From the IMG/VR virus record IMGVR_UViG_3300043568_002015, positions 1 through 62,080 of that record: 62,080 bases of DNA. One strand, given 5' to 3'. The notes beneath the pieces were generated by a model. It was not told the origin of the DNA and made no database searches. It worked only from the letters and a program-made list of their open reading frames with translations. Of the stretch, positions 1 to 9,624 are shown piece by piece (the stretch's first letter is position 1; each line of letters opens with the position of its first letter). The translations under genes and the position numbers were made by a program. The stretch is from a virus (taxonomy: Duplodnaviria > Caudoviricetes).

Positions 1-678
1 TAGCATGGTGTAGTATGTGCCTAATCTGGCACCATATATGGCCCAAAAACCGTTGTCAACATCTGCGCCTACTGATTGCCAAATACATAAATGGTCATAA
101 TTACGATTGTTTACTCGACTTTCAAACTCAGCTAATGTGGGCTTTGCTCCACGATCCAGGCACATCTTGACCCCTTCACGAAATCCAGCTCGCCAGGCCT
201 GGAATGGAGTGGCATTGGGATAAGTGGTACTATAGCAATCATTCATGGCCCAGTAATTGGGATAGAAACAAAACTCCACGTCGTTAGCAGCATCGCCATC
301 AGTGTTCTCATGTGTACGCATGTTGTAGACAAATTCCCGGGTCCAACAACTCATACCACCGTTGCCGTACATTAGTCCGTTGACAGCATTCCGAGCCCGC
401 CAGCGAAATACACTAGACCGATTAGCATCGTCCAGGACCAACTGCAGGTTGAAGAAAGCAGCATCTGGTATATTATCACCGTCAATGAGAATAAAGCGGT
501 CTGTGTCACTAGCATCAGCAGCCGCTTTGTGCGCGGCGTCTGAACCTTTGATGCCATCCACTCTTTTAGCCCAGGGCACCATGTTTTGAATTTTGATCCA
601 AAATTCTTCTTTTTTAGGTTCATCATAAGTTAGATAAATACATGAGAGGTCAGCAACATCCACTATTTCTTTTTTCAT
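1..678 (-). CDS. Glycosyltransferase-like protein, 3'-truncated by the window edge (missing from the ORF track)
   Basis: Read manually from ATG at 678: MKKEIVDVADLSCIYLTYDEPKKEEFWIKIQNMVPWAKRVDGIKGSDAAHKAAADASDTDRFILIDGDN...; open to base 1; GT-A-like DxD (IDGD). Confidence 0.65.
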   Translation of the reverse strand, partial: MKKEIVDVADLSCIYLTYDEPKKEEFWIKIQNMVPWAKRVDGIKGSDAAHKAAADASDTDRFILIDGDNIPDAAFFNLQLVLDDANRSSVFRWRARNAVNGLMYGNGGMSCWTREFVYNMRTHENTDGDAANDVEFCFYPNYWAMNDCYSTTYPNATPFQAWRAGFREGVKMCLDRGAKPTLAEFESRVNNRNYDHLCIWQSVGADVDNGFWAIYGARLGTYYTML

Positions 679-1036
679 AAAATTCCGTGTCTTGATATGT
701 TTCATGTGGTGCCAGTGCCACTACTGCATGTCCACGAACCACCTGCTGGCCCTGTGTGGATCGTTGTAATCTAAATTGATCCTGTATACGTGGATCCAGT
801 ACAGTTAACTGCCCGTCACGCACACGCATGAGATTGGTGTTTGACCTGTGAAATTCATCAGGATCAGACAATACAATATAATCACCCACAGGATGATCTC
901 GTTCCCACATGCCGATGATGGTGCCATCGTCTGCATTATAATACAGGCGATACTCTTTTACAGCCATTTTGGCAGCACGTACAGCATCTGCTTCAGCAAT
1001 CAACTGCCAGGCTAAATCGTAATCTGTTGAATCCAT
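650..1036 (-). CDS. Hypothetical protein
   Basis: 128-aa ORF overlapping both neighbours in an operon-like arrangement. Confidence 0.7.
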   Translation of the reverse strand: MDSTDYDLAWQLIAEADAVRAAKMAVKEYRLYYNADDGTIIGMWERDHPVGDYIVLSDPDEFHRSNTNLMRVRDGQLTVLDPRIQDQFRLQRSTQGQQVVRGHAVVALAPHETYQDTEFYEKRNSGCC

Positions 1037-1839
1037 GTCTTATCGTGATAATGTAATGGGTGATACTGATTTATGTTATTGATACGAATCATATTACCAT
1101 CTTGTTCAGTATTAAAAACATCCGAGAATACCTGATCTTCGTCGTATCCGTTTATTGCTGGCTTCATGTGAACAAAATTTATAAAATCCAGACTGGGTGC
1201 GGTGCATTGCTCACGGCCAACTATATGTGCAGTGACCGCATATAATAAATCTGTGCTGGGAGTCTGCTCATCACAGCCTCGAAGTTGGTCTCGTATCATT
1301 GGCCAATTTTCAAATACTTGTCTTGCTGTGGTGAAAAATTGCTGTGCTTCCTGGCTAAATCTAAAATACATCAAGCCATTGTATACATCAGGCAAATGAT
1401 TGTCGTCAAATACTCGTCTGTAAGTTCTGACTGTGCTTAATTCCTGCCGATAGTTTCTACAACCAGTACTCAGGAATACATTGCGTAATCTAAATGCGTC
1501 CCACCAATGATCTATACTGCGGGTAAACAGTAAATCGCTTTCCAGCTTGATGGTTTCCTTGAATGGGGTTAGCCAAAAGACTTGCCATTCATTGGCTAAC
1601 CGCCAAGTAGAATCAGCACTATTAAAATCGTGTGTAATATCGATGATGTAATCAAATACTGATAGATGGTCTTCATTTACTTGATCTCGGGTCGCTGTAT
1701 CCACTGCCACTGCAAATTTACTATGACGTTGTGTTGCTTTTATATTTAGTGCTTGCAAATAAGCCAGATGCAGATAATCCACTTGATCAGTATTCTGAGC
1801 AAAGGTGAAATATCCCTGTTGTTCTTTATGCTGACTCAT
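1012..1839 (-). CDS. Glycosyltransferase-like (GT-A fold) protein
   Basis: Start moved to MSQHKEQQG (1839); TPFKETIKLESDLL resembles the TPYDETLVIDAD motif of its neighbour; ends in TAG. Confidence 0.55.
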   Translation of the reverse strand: MSQHKEQQGYFTFAQNTDQVDYLHLAYLQALNIKATQRHSKFAVAVDTATRDQVNEDHLSVFDYIIDITHDFNSADSTWRLANEWQVFWLTPFKETIKLESDLLFTRSIDHWWDAFRLRNVFLSTGCRNYRQELSTVRTYRRVFDDNHLPDVYNGLMYFRFSQEAQQFFTTARQVFENWPMIRDQLRGCDEQTPSTDLLYAVTAHIVGREQCTAPSLDFINFVHMKPAINGYDEDQVFSDVFNTEQDGNMIRINNINQYHPLHYHDKTWIQQITI

Positions 1840-2608
1840 GGTCCATGAACTCCTGAAATTGTTGGCTTTGCAAATAGGCTTTGCTGATGACATGCATGTT
1901 GGTCCTGGGCACGACAAATGCTCGCTCAGCATCACGTATGACAAAGTTGCCGCCCTGTGCAGTTATGCTGGTAACGGCATTGTCCACGTGTAACATCGGA
2001 CCCAACAGCGCAGGTTGTCCTGATGCAGTATACCCACTCAGGGCCATGTCGGCCATGGCAAACGCATAATCATTTCTAAAATTACGTTGTTCAACATTAA
2101 ATAGAGCTCGATAGTATCCGTAATTTTCTTGTATACGCTGTACCAATTGGAAGTATGCCTGAGCCTTGGGCGTCTTTCTAAATGCAAAAGCCGTGGCCCA
2201 GACATAGGGCAGACTATTTTTGCCCATGTCACGTGGGTATTGCTGAGTCAATCCCGTGGCATCACGCATGATTTGCCAATCCCAGAATTCCTGCTCAAAT
2301 ACGTTAATTAATGTTTTATTGAATATCAGAAAGTCTGCATCAATCACCAGTGTCTCATCGTAAGGTGTGAGATCATATGCACGATAGCGACCAGCATTGC
2401 GCCATTGCACAAACTGCCCGGTATCTGCATCGTAACGTTGATTGTCGTAGTCCTGTGGATTGTCGGTAATCAATGTATAGGGCAAACCCAATGTTCGACT
2501 GGCCAATCGCAATGTTCGTTGGGCTATGCTGACATAATCCGTGGTGTCAGTATTGTAGGCAAAGGACAGTATGCCCCTAGATTTTTCTGAGTTTACGGAG
2601 TTCAGCAT
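1826..2608 (-). CDS. Glycosyltransferase-like (GT-A/GT8-like) protein
   Basis: RYRAYDLTPYDETLVIDADFL carries a DxD motif; FRNDYAF; paralogous to 1012-1839. Confidence 0.6.
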   Translation of the reverse strand: MLNSVNSEKSRGILSFAYNTDTTDYVSIAQRTLRLASRTLGLPYTLITDNPQDYDNQRYDADTGQFVQWRNAGRYRAYDLTPYDETLVIDADFLIFNKTLINVFEQEFWDWQIMRDATGLTQQYPRDMGKNSLPYVWATAFAFRKTPKAQAYFQLVQRIQENYGYYRALFNVEQRNFRNDYAFAMADMALSGYTASGQPALLGPMLHVDNAVTSITAQGGNFVIRDAERAFVVPRTNMHVISKAYLQSQQFQEFMDHESA

Positions 2609-2924
2609 GTTGTTGGTGCCAGGTATTCATCACTCTTTGATAGTGTTCACAAGCAATACGGTAAAATTCTGCACAATTTTCGATATGTATGGGATTGTCG
2701 TACGTATCTTCCATATACATACTTTCGCCTCCGCCCCAGGGCCATACATCGTCTGCATTACGCCAGGCATGTACGAAGGATATCAATTCTGGTGTGGCCT
2801 TAAACAAACCACCAGCATGTGTGAAGTGTAGATCTGTCTGGATCTTTTCCCGCAGGAATGTTTTGTTAAGTTCATAGTTGGTGGCTTGCTTTAATTGCTC
2901 AACAATTTCTGGTATGTCGCTCAT
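2577..2924 (-). CDS. Hypothetical protein
   Basis: 115-aa ORF directly downstream of a sigma70-like promoter; ends in TAG. Confidence 0.7.
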   Translation of the reverse strand: MSDIPEIVEQLKQATNYELNKTFLREKIQTDLHFTHAGGLFKATPELISFVHAWRNADDVWPWGGGESMYMEDTYDNPIHIENCAEFYRIACEHYQRVMNTWHQQHAELRKLRKI

Positions 2925-2937
2925 AGTATTCTCGTAT

Positions 2938-2972
2938 AAAAAAAGGCATAGTAGATTTTACACTACTATGCC
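2938..2972 (-). terminator. Intrinsic terminator after the structural operon
   Basis: Minus strand GGCATAGTAG-tgtaaaat-CTACTATGCC-TTTTTTT: 10-bp stem plus U tract. Confidence 0.8.
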
Positions 2973-2983
2973 CGAGCTGTCAA
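2955..2983 (-). promoter_or_regulatory. Sigma70-like promoter overlapping the terminator
   Basis: TTGACA-17 nt-TAAAAT on the minus strand. Confidence 0.7.
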
Positions 2984-2993
2984 CTATATTGGA

Positions 2994-3947
2994 TTATAGT
3001 GATGATATGGTGACTGCACCCCAGGTGTTGCTTAGGTTAGTTAATTCTGGGAATGATAGATCAATTGATCTGATAACGTTGATGCCGAATTCATCATTAA
3101 CACTCAAACCACCAGCGTTGGCGCCGGATGTTGAGCTTAGGTTAATCCAGAAATCTACTTGAAGACCTTTATCATTATTGCTACCTTGTGTACCATTACA
3201 GTTTACTGTTATAGTTGCTGTATCTGTTGTATAGCTGGCAGTAGTACTAGTAACGCTGACGATGGTTACGTTACTGTTGTATGTGGTGGTATGATATCCC
3301 TTAGTGGTATCGTTGGTACCCAATGTACCACCAGAACCTGTTCTACCACCATTTGTGTTGGCTGCAAATAAAGCAATACCACCCAAATTAGTACACAATG
3401 CAATAGCAGCATTGGTTCGGGCTGAGGCACTAGCGTTTTGGGTGCCAGAAACATTTAACTTTAATCTTCCACCGGAATTAAAAAAGTAACGAGCTTGATC
3501 AGCACTGGCAAATGCAGCACGTATGCCAAAACTTCTGGCCAACGTAGCTGCTGTTGAAGTGGTGGTCCAGGCAGTAGTCTGGTTAGTTCCGGCAACTACA
3601 GCCGAGTTACTGGCAAAATTCAAACGGTTGGTATAACCAGTGGTAATGCTTGTTGAAAGAGAGCTTAAATGGTTGATTTTGTTGCCAGCAACGGTGGCAC
3701 TAATGCCTGATCCGGATCCCGCTTGGTGAGTCAATATGCTGTTCAATGTGTTGATAAGTGATGCCCATTGAGTGGCTGTTACTATTCCAGCAGCAGACAC
3801 TTGACTGACAGCAGTCTGTCCGTATCCAGCTGATCCACTTCCCACTGACCAAACTGTATTAATTCGGTTGGTTGTACTGCTGGGACTAGTGCCTACAAAT
3901 GTGTTGTAGTCTGCGGCATCGATAATTCCGCCTTGTGAGTATGACAT
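2994..3947 (-). CDS. Virion structural protein (short fibre/baseplate-associated)
   Basis: T/S/G/N-rich 317 aa; lies at the end of the tail/baseplate operon. Confidence 0.6.
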   Translation of the reverse strand: MSYSQGGIIDAADYNTFVGTSPSSTTNRINTVWSVGSGSAGYGQTAVSQVSAAGIVTATQWASLINTLNSILTHQAGSGSGISATVAGNKINHLSSLSTSITTGYTNRLNFASNSAVVAGTNQTTAWTTTSTAATLARSFGIRAAFASADQARYFFNSGGRLKLNVSGTQNASASARTNAAIALCTNLGGIALFAANTNGGRTGSGGTLGTNDTTKGYHTTTYNSNVTIVSVTSTTASYTTDTATITVNCNGTQGSNNDKGLQVDFWINLSSTSGANAGGLSVNDEFGINVIRSIDLSFPELTNLSNTWGAVTISSL

Positions 3948-3961
3948 TTACTGTGTATCCT

Positions 3962-5635
3962 TTACGAATTTAGTTTGACCACGGCTTCGATTTCTCCGAC
4001 GCCGTCGTCTAATTTATCTTCCAATGCTCGACCAATGACGTTCCATGTGGTGATTTCGCTACGTGAACCTGCACGAGCAATACCATTACCAGCACTGACC
4101 AGACGGTCACCTTTGCGGATTTGACCAGTTACTTTAACTGGTACTCGACCTTGTACTGCAATTGGGGGATGTGTTTGGTTGTTACCAGCACCGGAGTTCA
4201 TTAAATAAGCTGCTCTAGTACTTATGACTCCGAACACCTTCTCACTTAATTCTTCTACAGCAGCAGTAATTTCGGCAGATCCGCCCAATTCAACTACTGT
4301 TCCTGGACTGTACTCCCCATCTGCCTCAAATCTTTCAGCCAAGTCAGCATATTGCGCTTGTATGGCCGTACCATATATATTATTCCAATATGCAGTGGGA
4401 CTGCCCAAATTAAATGTCAGATTGGCTGATGGAGTGATGTTACTGGCGATACCGATAAAGGAGGTAGCTAGTATGGTGGACGTATAGTTGACCCCATTGG
4501 CCCAAAAAAGACCACTTGTTGTTACAATATTTCCCAGAGTTGCTGCACCAGTCACTGCCAGTGTACTGCTTAATGTAGCTGCACCAGTCACTGCCAGTGT
4601 GCTGCTCAATGTTGCTGCACCAGTTACTGCCAGTGTGCTGCTCAATGTTGCTGCACCAGTTACTGCCAGTGTGCTGCTCAAAGTGGTTGCACCAGTTACT
4701 GTTGCTGTTCCACCGACGGTGATATTGCCCAATGCATTGACATTACGAACATACAATTGATTCCAATACGAAGTAGTGCTACCTAAATTTTGAGTACCAT
4801 TGGCTGTGGGGCTAATGTTGCTGGAAACATTGGATATAGTCACAGGATTAGCTGTTGGGAAGTTGACATTTCCATTGAATGTCACGTCACCCGTGGCGCC
4901 AGATACGTACAGTACGCTGCGAGGAGTTCCACCCACATTGGCTGTTACATTGAATCCGTAGTTTGTTGTCAGTGCGGTAATTTGCACGTTGCCTGAGCTG
5001 ACACCAACTGTCATATTTGGTGTGGAAATTGCAGTGGGTTCAGCCGTGCTGGTGAAGTTCAGGCCAGGATTGACTTTGGTAATACCACTGCTGGGATATG
5101 TAAATGCTGGAGTAAATACTGTGGCATCTGTACTGAAAATTGCAGCCAATTTGTTGTTGACAATTACGTTGCCCACCGTGTGTGATGCTGACGATGTATC
5201 AGTTGCTGCATTTCCTTGGAAATCAGTAGTAGCTGCACCAATGGGAGTCTGTGGTCCAACTAATGTCCATGCACTGCCAGTGTACCCACGCAATTGGCCG
5301 TTTATAGTATCCCACCATAAATCACCAGCTGTGGGTGCCGCTGACGGGGCTGTTGCGCTGGGAACGGCATGTGAAAATACCTTCCAAGCTGTTCCCTGAT
5401 ATACAGCCAATTGTTTGTTTGTACTGTCCCACCACAATTGTCCTTGCAATGGTACGCTGGGAGCCGTGCTGCTGCTGAAACTCTCCATTATTTTAATGAA
5501 GTTCTCGTTAATGGCTTCGCCATAACTGGTGGCGTTCTTGCCCACCAATGTCAGATTAGTAGTTGAAGTGTCAGTGGTTCCATCTGCTAGAACAGTAAGC
5601 AGATCGCCATTTGTTTTGTTTAGGGTATACGCCAT
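3962..5635 (-). CDS. Tail fibre-like protein with a C-terminal YADLAE (intramolecular chaperone-like) domain
   Basis: N-terminal MAYTLNKTNG, two G(Q/D)LWWD repeats, 12-aa repeats, C-terminal QYADLAE...GRVPVKV..I.KGD.L. Confidence 0.7.
   Translation of the reverse strand: MAYTLNKTNGDLLTVLADGTTDTSTTNLTLVGKNATSYGEAINENFIKIMESFSSSTAPSVPLQGQLWWDSTNKQLAVYQGTAWKVFSHAVPSATAPSAAPTAGDLWWDTINGQLRGYTGSAWTLVGPQTPIGAATTDFQGNAATDTSSASHTVGNVIVNNKLAAIFSTDATVFTPAFTYPSSGITKVNPGLNFTSTAEPTAISTPNMTVGVSSGNVQITALTTNYGFNVTANVGGTPRSVLYVSGATGDVTFNGNVNFPTANPVTISNVSSNISPTANGTQNLGSTTSYWNQLYVRNVNALGNITVGGTATVTGATTLSSTLAVTGAATLSSTLAVTGAATLSSTLAVTGAATLSSTLAVTGAATLGNIVTTSGLFWANGVNYTSTILATSFIGIASNITPSANLTFNLGSPTAYWNNIYGTAIQAQYADLAERFEADGEYSPGTVVELGGSAEITAAVEELSEKVFGVISTRAAYLMNSGAGNNQTHPPIAVQGRVPVKVTGQIRKGDRLVSAGNGIARAGSRSEITTWNVIGRALEDKLDDGVGEIEAVVKLNS
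4539..4702. repeat. 36-bp coding tandem repeat (about 4.5 copies), encoding TLSSTLAVTGAA
   Basis: gttgctgcaccagttactgccagtgtgctgctcaat unit repeated with few substitutions. Confidence 0.9.
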
Positions 5636-5698
5636 AAATCATTAATCCTGGTTAATATGCTTATTTATTGTTTTCTGACACTTTATCATCTGGGCACT

Positions 5699-6061
5699 TT
5701 AATATGCACTGGTCAGGTTTATCACACCGGGTTGATAGAAAACATGGGTAATTGTGCCAATTAGGGGATTTCTGGTCAGATCAAATGGATCAGGCGGGCG
5801 GTATGTTATTTCCCCCTCATTGAATAGGATTCCAAACATATCATCATAAGTGATGCTCACATACCCGTTACCATAACTGCCGCCGGTGGTCACCACTGGT
5901 GGAGATGCAAGATACCCTGTCGGCAGTACGTCGGTACCATCAGATCCAGTTACGCCATTGTAGTCTCCATCACCGTAGCTACCACCGACCCCATCTGGGC
6001 CACCACCGCCACCACCACCACCGCCATCTGCTGGGTGATTACCGCCTGCTGTTCCTGCCAT
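5699..6061 (-). CDS. Gly-rich protein; resembles the C-terminal part of a glycine-rich virion domain
   Basis: DGGGGGGGGG...GGSYGNGYVSITY, the usual ending of phage Gly-rich domains; start overlaps the upstream stop (TAATG). Confidence 0.55.
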   Translation of the reverse strand: MAGTAGGNHPADGGGGGGGGGPDGVGGSYGDGDYNGVTGSDGTDVLPTGYLASPPVVTTGGSYGNGYVSITYDDMFGILFNEGEITYRPPDPFDLTRNPLIGTITHVFYQPGVINLTSAY

Positions 6062-7104
6062 TATTGTTCTCCTTCAATTTTTAAAAATGTCTTAATATTG
6101 GGGAATGGACCCAGTGCATTTTGGTCATGTAAATTTGCTGCCTCTATCGCACACAGACTATTTAACTGTTTTTGCGTTAAAATTCTCTCTTCGCCGCCAG
6201 CCAGTTGCACGATTGTATTTTTTTTAAGCAGTGCTGTTTCTAGTGTCTGCGGTCGATGCATTTGCCCAAATAATTCAACCAATTCAGTTGCTTCTTCTCC
6301 GATGTATGACACCACACGACTGCGTTCTGATTTCATTATAGTTTTATATTGGAACACGTTGGTGCCAAATATACTATGGAATGCACCGGCTTGGCATACT
6401 GCTGTGTCGTAGTTCTGTAGTTTCAACAGGTCGTATACCCGCAATAAATGTTCCATGAGATTGCCATTTTGGTGGCGAGTTTTAGTTGTACCCAGTTCCT
6501 GCAACGCTGTCTGGATGTTGTCTCTGACTCTGTCTAAATTTATCGGACAAAACTTGAACATCAATGTTATTCTCAATGCTGGACATATTCTGGTCACACC
6601 CTTGGCCACATGAAATTGATTCCCTGGAAAAATTATTCCATGATTAAATTTGGGTATCTCTGCATGTATTATGTCCTGTCCGGCATATATCATGGTTTCA
6701 CCGCCCCACTCTCGTCGCCATTCCTTATTAAGGTACATCACCATTGTACGATCATCTGGTCTGCTGGAATCAGTATGCGGGTATCCTTCGACTCCATATG
6801 TGTGGGCATTGACATAGCACCTGAGTAATTTAACTTCAGGAAAGTACTGAGCACTTATATGATTCCATGCCGATGATATTGGTTCTGGTAACCGATTGGA
6901 CACATCCAGACTGTTTATTATGCCTTCCCTACCTTCCCCAGTAAAGTCTTTATTCCAATGTGGGTATCCCATGCCTTTGTTGGATACCCACCCGTAATGC
7001 CAATGGTGTCCATTGGCATAATCAGCCACATCGTTTGCCAATTTTTCTGGCAAACATGTTTTGATTTTTTGGATATTTTCTGTATTCAAAGTTTGGCTTG
7101 ACAT
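6061..7104 (-). CDS. 2OG-Fe(II) oxygenase (prolyl hydroxylase-like) fused to a C-terminal HD-like helical domain
   Basis: HTD (HxD), WGGET, distal H (FHVAKG) and R (LRITLMFK); C-terminal HQNGNLMEHL...AGAFHSIFGT. Confidence 0.8.
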   Translation of the reverse strand: MSSQTLNTENIQKIKTCLPEKLANDVADYANGHHWHYGWVSNKGMGYPHWNKDFTGEGREGIINSLDVSNRLPEPISSAWNHISAQYFPEVKLLRCYVNAHTYGVEGYPHTDSSRPDDRTMVMYLNKEWRREWGGETMIYAGQDIIHAEIPKFNHGIIFPGNQFHVAKGVTRICPALRITLMFKFCPINLDRVRDNIQTALQELGTTKTRHQNGNLMEHLLRVYDLLKLQNYDTAVCQAGAFHSIFGTNVFQYKTIMKSERSRVVSYIGEEATELVELFGQMHRPQTLETALLKKNTIVQLAGGEERILTQKQLNSLCAIEAANLHDQNALGPFPNIKTFLKIEGEQ

Positions 7105-7107
7105 GAA

Positions 7108-8337
7108 TTAACTTTCATTATGCACCACCACACCGTTGGCAATGTAACGATCATTTCCTGCAACGTTCAACCAGAAAACCTGTTTGGACTTTACATTGAT
7201 GGTCGCGAGCTTTTCTATGGGTATGTATACTAATTCATTATTGACCCAGTGGGCCAGATTCAATCCTTCCCGCAGTGGAGTCAATGGTTTGAAATTATTG
7301 CTGGCCAATATCACCTGATACTGCACTGGCTCGGTCATCTGTAAATATTCAATATCATATACTGCCCATCCCTGATCAGTGAACACAGCATGATTACTGG
7401 TCATAAAATAATCACTGCCATTCATGCTGACTAACTCAACATCGCCAATCCTGGTGCGATTCCATATCACTGACACTACACCTGCATCGCTTCGCACCAG
7501 ATCACCCACTCTGACAGATGATATGGATTTTAATGTTCCGTCGGCCATGAGAACTTTAGTTGATCCAATAAAGCAACCAGCATCTCCGGCCCCGGCATCA
7601 CCGCTGCCAGCACCACTGTCACCACATGCCCCAGGATCGCAATCACTACCAATTCCATCGCCACCGCCAGAATCCCAGTATTCTTGCGGAGGCTCATATG
7701 GAGGGTCCGCTGGTGGTTGTGGCGGTGGTTGTGGCGGAATATATGGGGGTTGTGGTTGCTCTGGTTGTGGATCAGGAGATGGGCCAGGTCCTGGATCGTC
7801 AGCTGGTGGAGGTGGGTCTGGTGGAGGAACATAACCCTGCCCTCCGCCGCCACCACCTGCACCACCTGCAGCTACTACAATATTACTGCCTTCAACACTG
7901 ATGTATGTGGCTCCACCGCCACCGCCACCACCACCCGAATAACCAGATGCACCTGGATTTCCGCCAGCACCACCACCAGTATCGGCACCACCAAATCCAG
8001 GAAGTCCAGCGCCGATGCCAGTGCCAGTATATCCATCACCACCTCGTCCACCTATACCAATTTGAATTTGTTGATCAGCACCCAATGCCACGATGCCGGT
8101 TATTTTATGTCCGGATCTGCCTGTGTAGCCAGTCAGTCGGTCATTTCCACCATTACCGCCTCCGGCACCAATGGCAATCACAACAGCTGGCAGTTGCGGG
8201 GGCCAAAATTGTCGCCACTCCCCGTCGATTCTAGTCCATCCAGCTAAAATTTTAGTGGCAACACCATTGACTATGACGGCTGGTCGGCGCCACGGTCTCA
8301 ATCGCCCATCTTTTGCAATGAAAACGCCCCGTGCCAT
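7108..8337 (-). CDS. Gly-rich / Pro-rich protein with a C-terminal Hint (intein-like) domain
   Basis: Hint begins at G|CFIGSTKVLMADG (Cys codon 7573-7575); block B TSNH; ends YIANGVVVHN-ES-stop. Confidence 0.85.
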   Translation of the reverse strand: MARGVFIAKDGRLRPWRRPAVIVNGVATKILAGWTRIDGEWRQFWPPQLPAVVIAIGAGGGNGGNDRLTGYTGRSGHKITGIVALGADQQIQIGIGGRGGDGYTGTGIGAGLPGFGGADTGGGAGGNPGASGYSGGGGGGGGATYISVEGSNIVVAAGGAGGGGGGQGYVPPPDPPPPADDPGPGPSPDPQPEQPQPPYIPPQPPPQPPADPPYEPPQEYWDSGGGDGIGSDCDPGACGDSGAGSGDAGAGDAGCFIGSTKVLMADGTLKSISSVRVGDLVRSDAGVVSVIWNRTRIGDVELVSMNGSDYFMTSNHAVFTDQGWAVYDIEYLQMTEPVQYQVILASNNFKPLTPLREGLNLAHWVNNELVYIPIEKLATINVKSKQVFWLNVAGNDRYIANGVVVHNES

Positions 8338-8340
8338 AAA

Positions 8341-9621
8341 TTACGCCAATCCCTGGATTTGGAACCAAAAATAACCATCAGGTATAACGCCCTCTGGTCT
8401 GTTCTCAGAAACAATATAACGGAATCGCTGATCTTCGATGGCAGTGGTCACAAATTCTGTGCTGGCAATTTGCAGAGTACTGGTACTGGGTGCTGCGGTA
8501 GGTGTAGTGGGTATGCCAGTCAATGCAGGACTTGCCCTTGGCGCCAACGGACTAATGGCAATTTGGGTAAACTCTGTTGTGGCAATTTGAGCAGTATTTG
8601 CACCAAACGCAGCCGTGGGCGCAATGGGTATCCCCACCAATGAAGGACTATCCAATGGCGCCAATGGTGCAATAGCTGTTGCAATACTGGCATCCACATA
8701 TGATTTGTTGGTGACATCGTAGTTATTGCTGGGAGTGCTGCTGACCTGTAGTGTTCCAGTCACACCATTTATATAAACTGCCTTGGTCAACAATCCAGCT
8801 ACATTGACATAAAAATTGGTGCTGGCACCACTGGTTGCATTGGTTATGTCGATGTCACTGGTGGGTGTGGCATTAATTTGTAGTTTGTTACTGGCAATGC
8901 TGACATTACCAGCAAATGCCTCATCAACGTCTGTTCTAGCATAATTTACTGCCAATACATCACCCAATGACAATGCATTGGTTGCTGTACCAACAAACTG
9001 AGCACCAATTGCTGTGTTGACATTCCAACCAGTGGAAATATTAGCAAATCCAGATATTGCAACATTGGGAGTAAATGTCATGTCGTAGCTGGCTATGGAA
9101 CTGACATTACCATTGGTGTAAATTTTAACCACTGTGTGCTTTCCACCCAGTGTATCGTATATGTTCTCAGGAAACGCACCACTCTTACCATCAATCTTAC
9201 TATATGGTGGACCAATTAAAACCCAACCTGAACCAGTGTAAGCAAATACCTGATCATTAGTGGTATCCCACCATTGTGTGCCAATTACCACCGTAGTACC
9301 GGCCACTGTGGGTTCGGTTGCGCTGACAATCATGGGACTCACTGGCTTCCATGTTGTTGTAGCATATACTTTTAACAGATTATTGGTGGTGTCATACCAC
9401 AATTCCCCACGCACTGGTGCTGTTGGAGGTGTGCTGTTGGCGAAATTTTCCAACATCTTTACAAAGTTTTCGTTCTGATATTCACCATATGTGGGGTAAT
9501 TTTTACCAAACAGATTGATGTCCAGCGTGTTTAGTCCAGGATTAATACTGGGACCATCTGCTGTACCATCCAATAGGGTTAATATCAGCTGACCGTTGGT
9601 TTTATTAATGAGATATGACAT
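8341..9621 (-). CDS. Tail fibre/baseplate protein
   Basis: N-terminus paralogous to 3962-5635 (MSYLINKTNG, GELWYD); two SPxLxGxPxxPT...QIAxTEF fibre repeats. Confidence 0.7.
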   Translation of the reverse strand: MSYLINKTNGQLILTLLDGTADGPSINPGLNTLDINLFGKNYPTYGEYQNENFVKMLENFANSTPPTAPVRGELWYDTTNNLLKVYATTTWKPVSPMIVSATEPTVAGTTVVIGTQWWDTTNDQVFAYTGSGWVLIGPPYSKIDGKSGAFPENIYDTLGGKHTVVKIYTNGNVSSIASYDMTFTPNVAISGFANISTGWNVNTAIGAQFVGTATNALSLGDVLAVNYARTDVDEAFAGNVSIASNKLQINATPTSDIDITNATSGASTNFYVNVAGLLTKAVYINGVTGTLQVSSTPSNNYDVTNKSYVDASIATAIAPLAPLDSPSLVGIPIAPTAAFGANTAQIATTEFTQIAISPLAPRASPALTGIPTTPTAAPSTSTLQIASTEFVTTAIEDQRFRYIVSENRPEGVIPDGYFWFQIQGLA

Positions 9622-9624
9622 ATA

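Noticed and set aside
4539-4702. 36-bp repeats as a CRISPR array
   Set aside because: Head-to-tail with no spacers, in frame within a fibre gene, with variation mostly at synonymous positions.
7108-7575. Canonical splicing intein or homing element
   Set aside because: No endonuclease domain, and HN is followed by Glu-Ser-stop, so there is no +1 Cys/Ser/Thr and no real C-extein.
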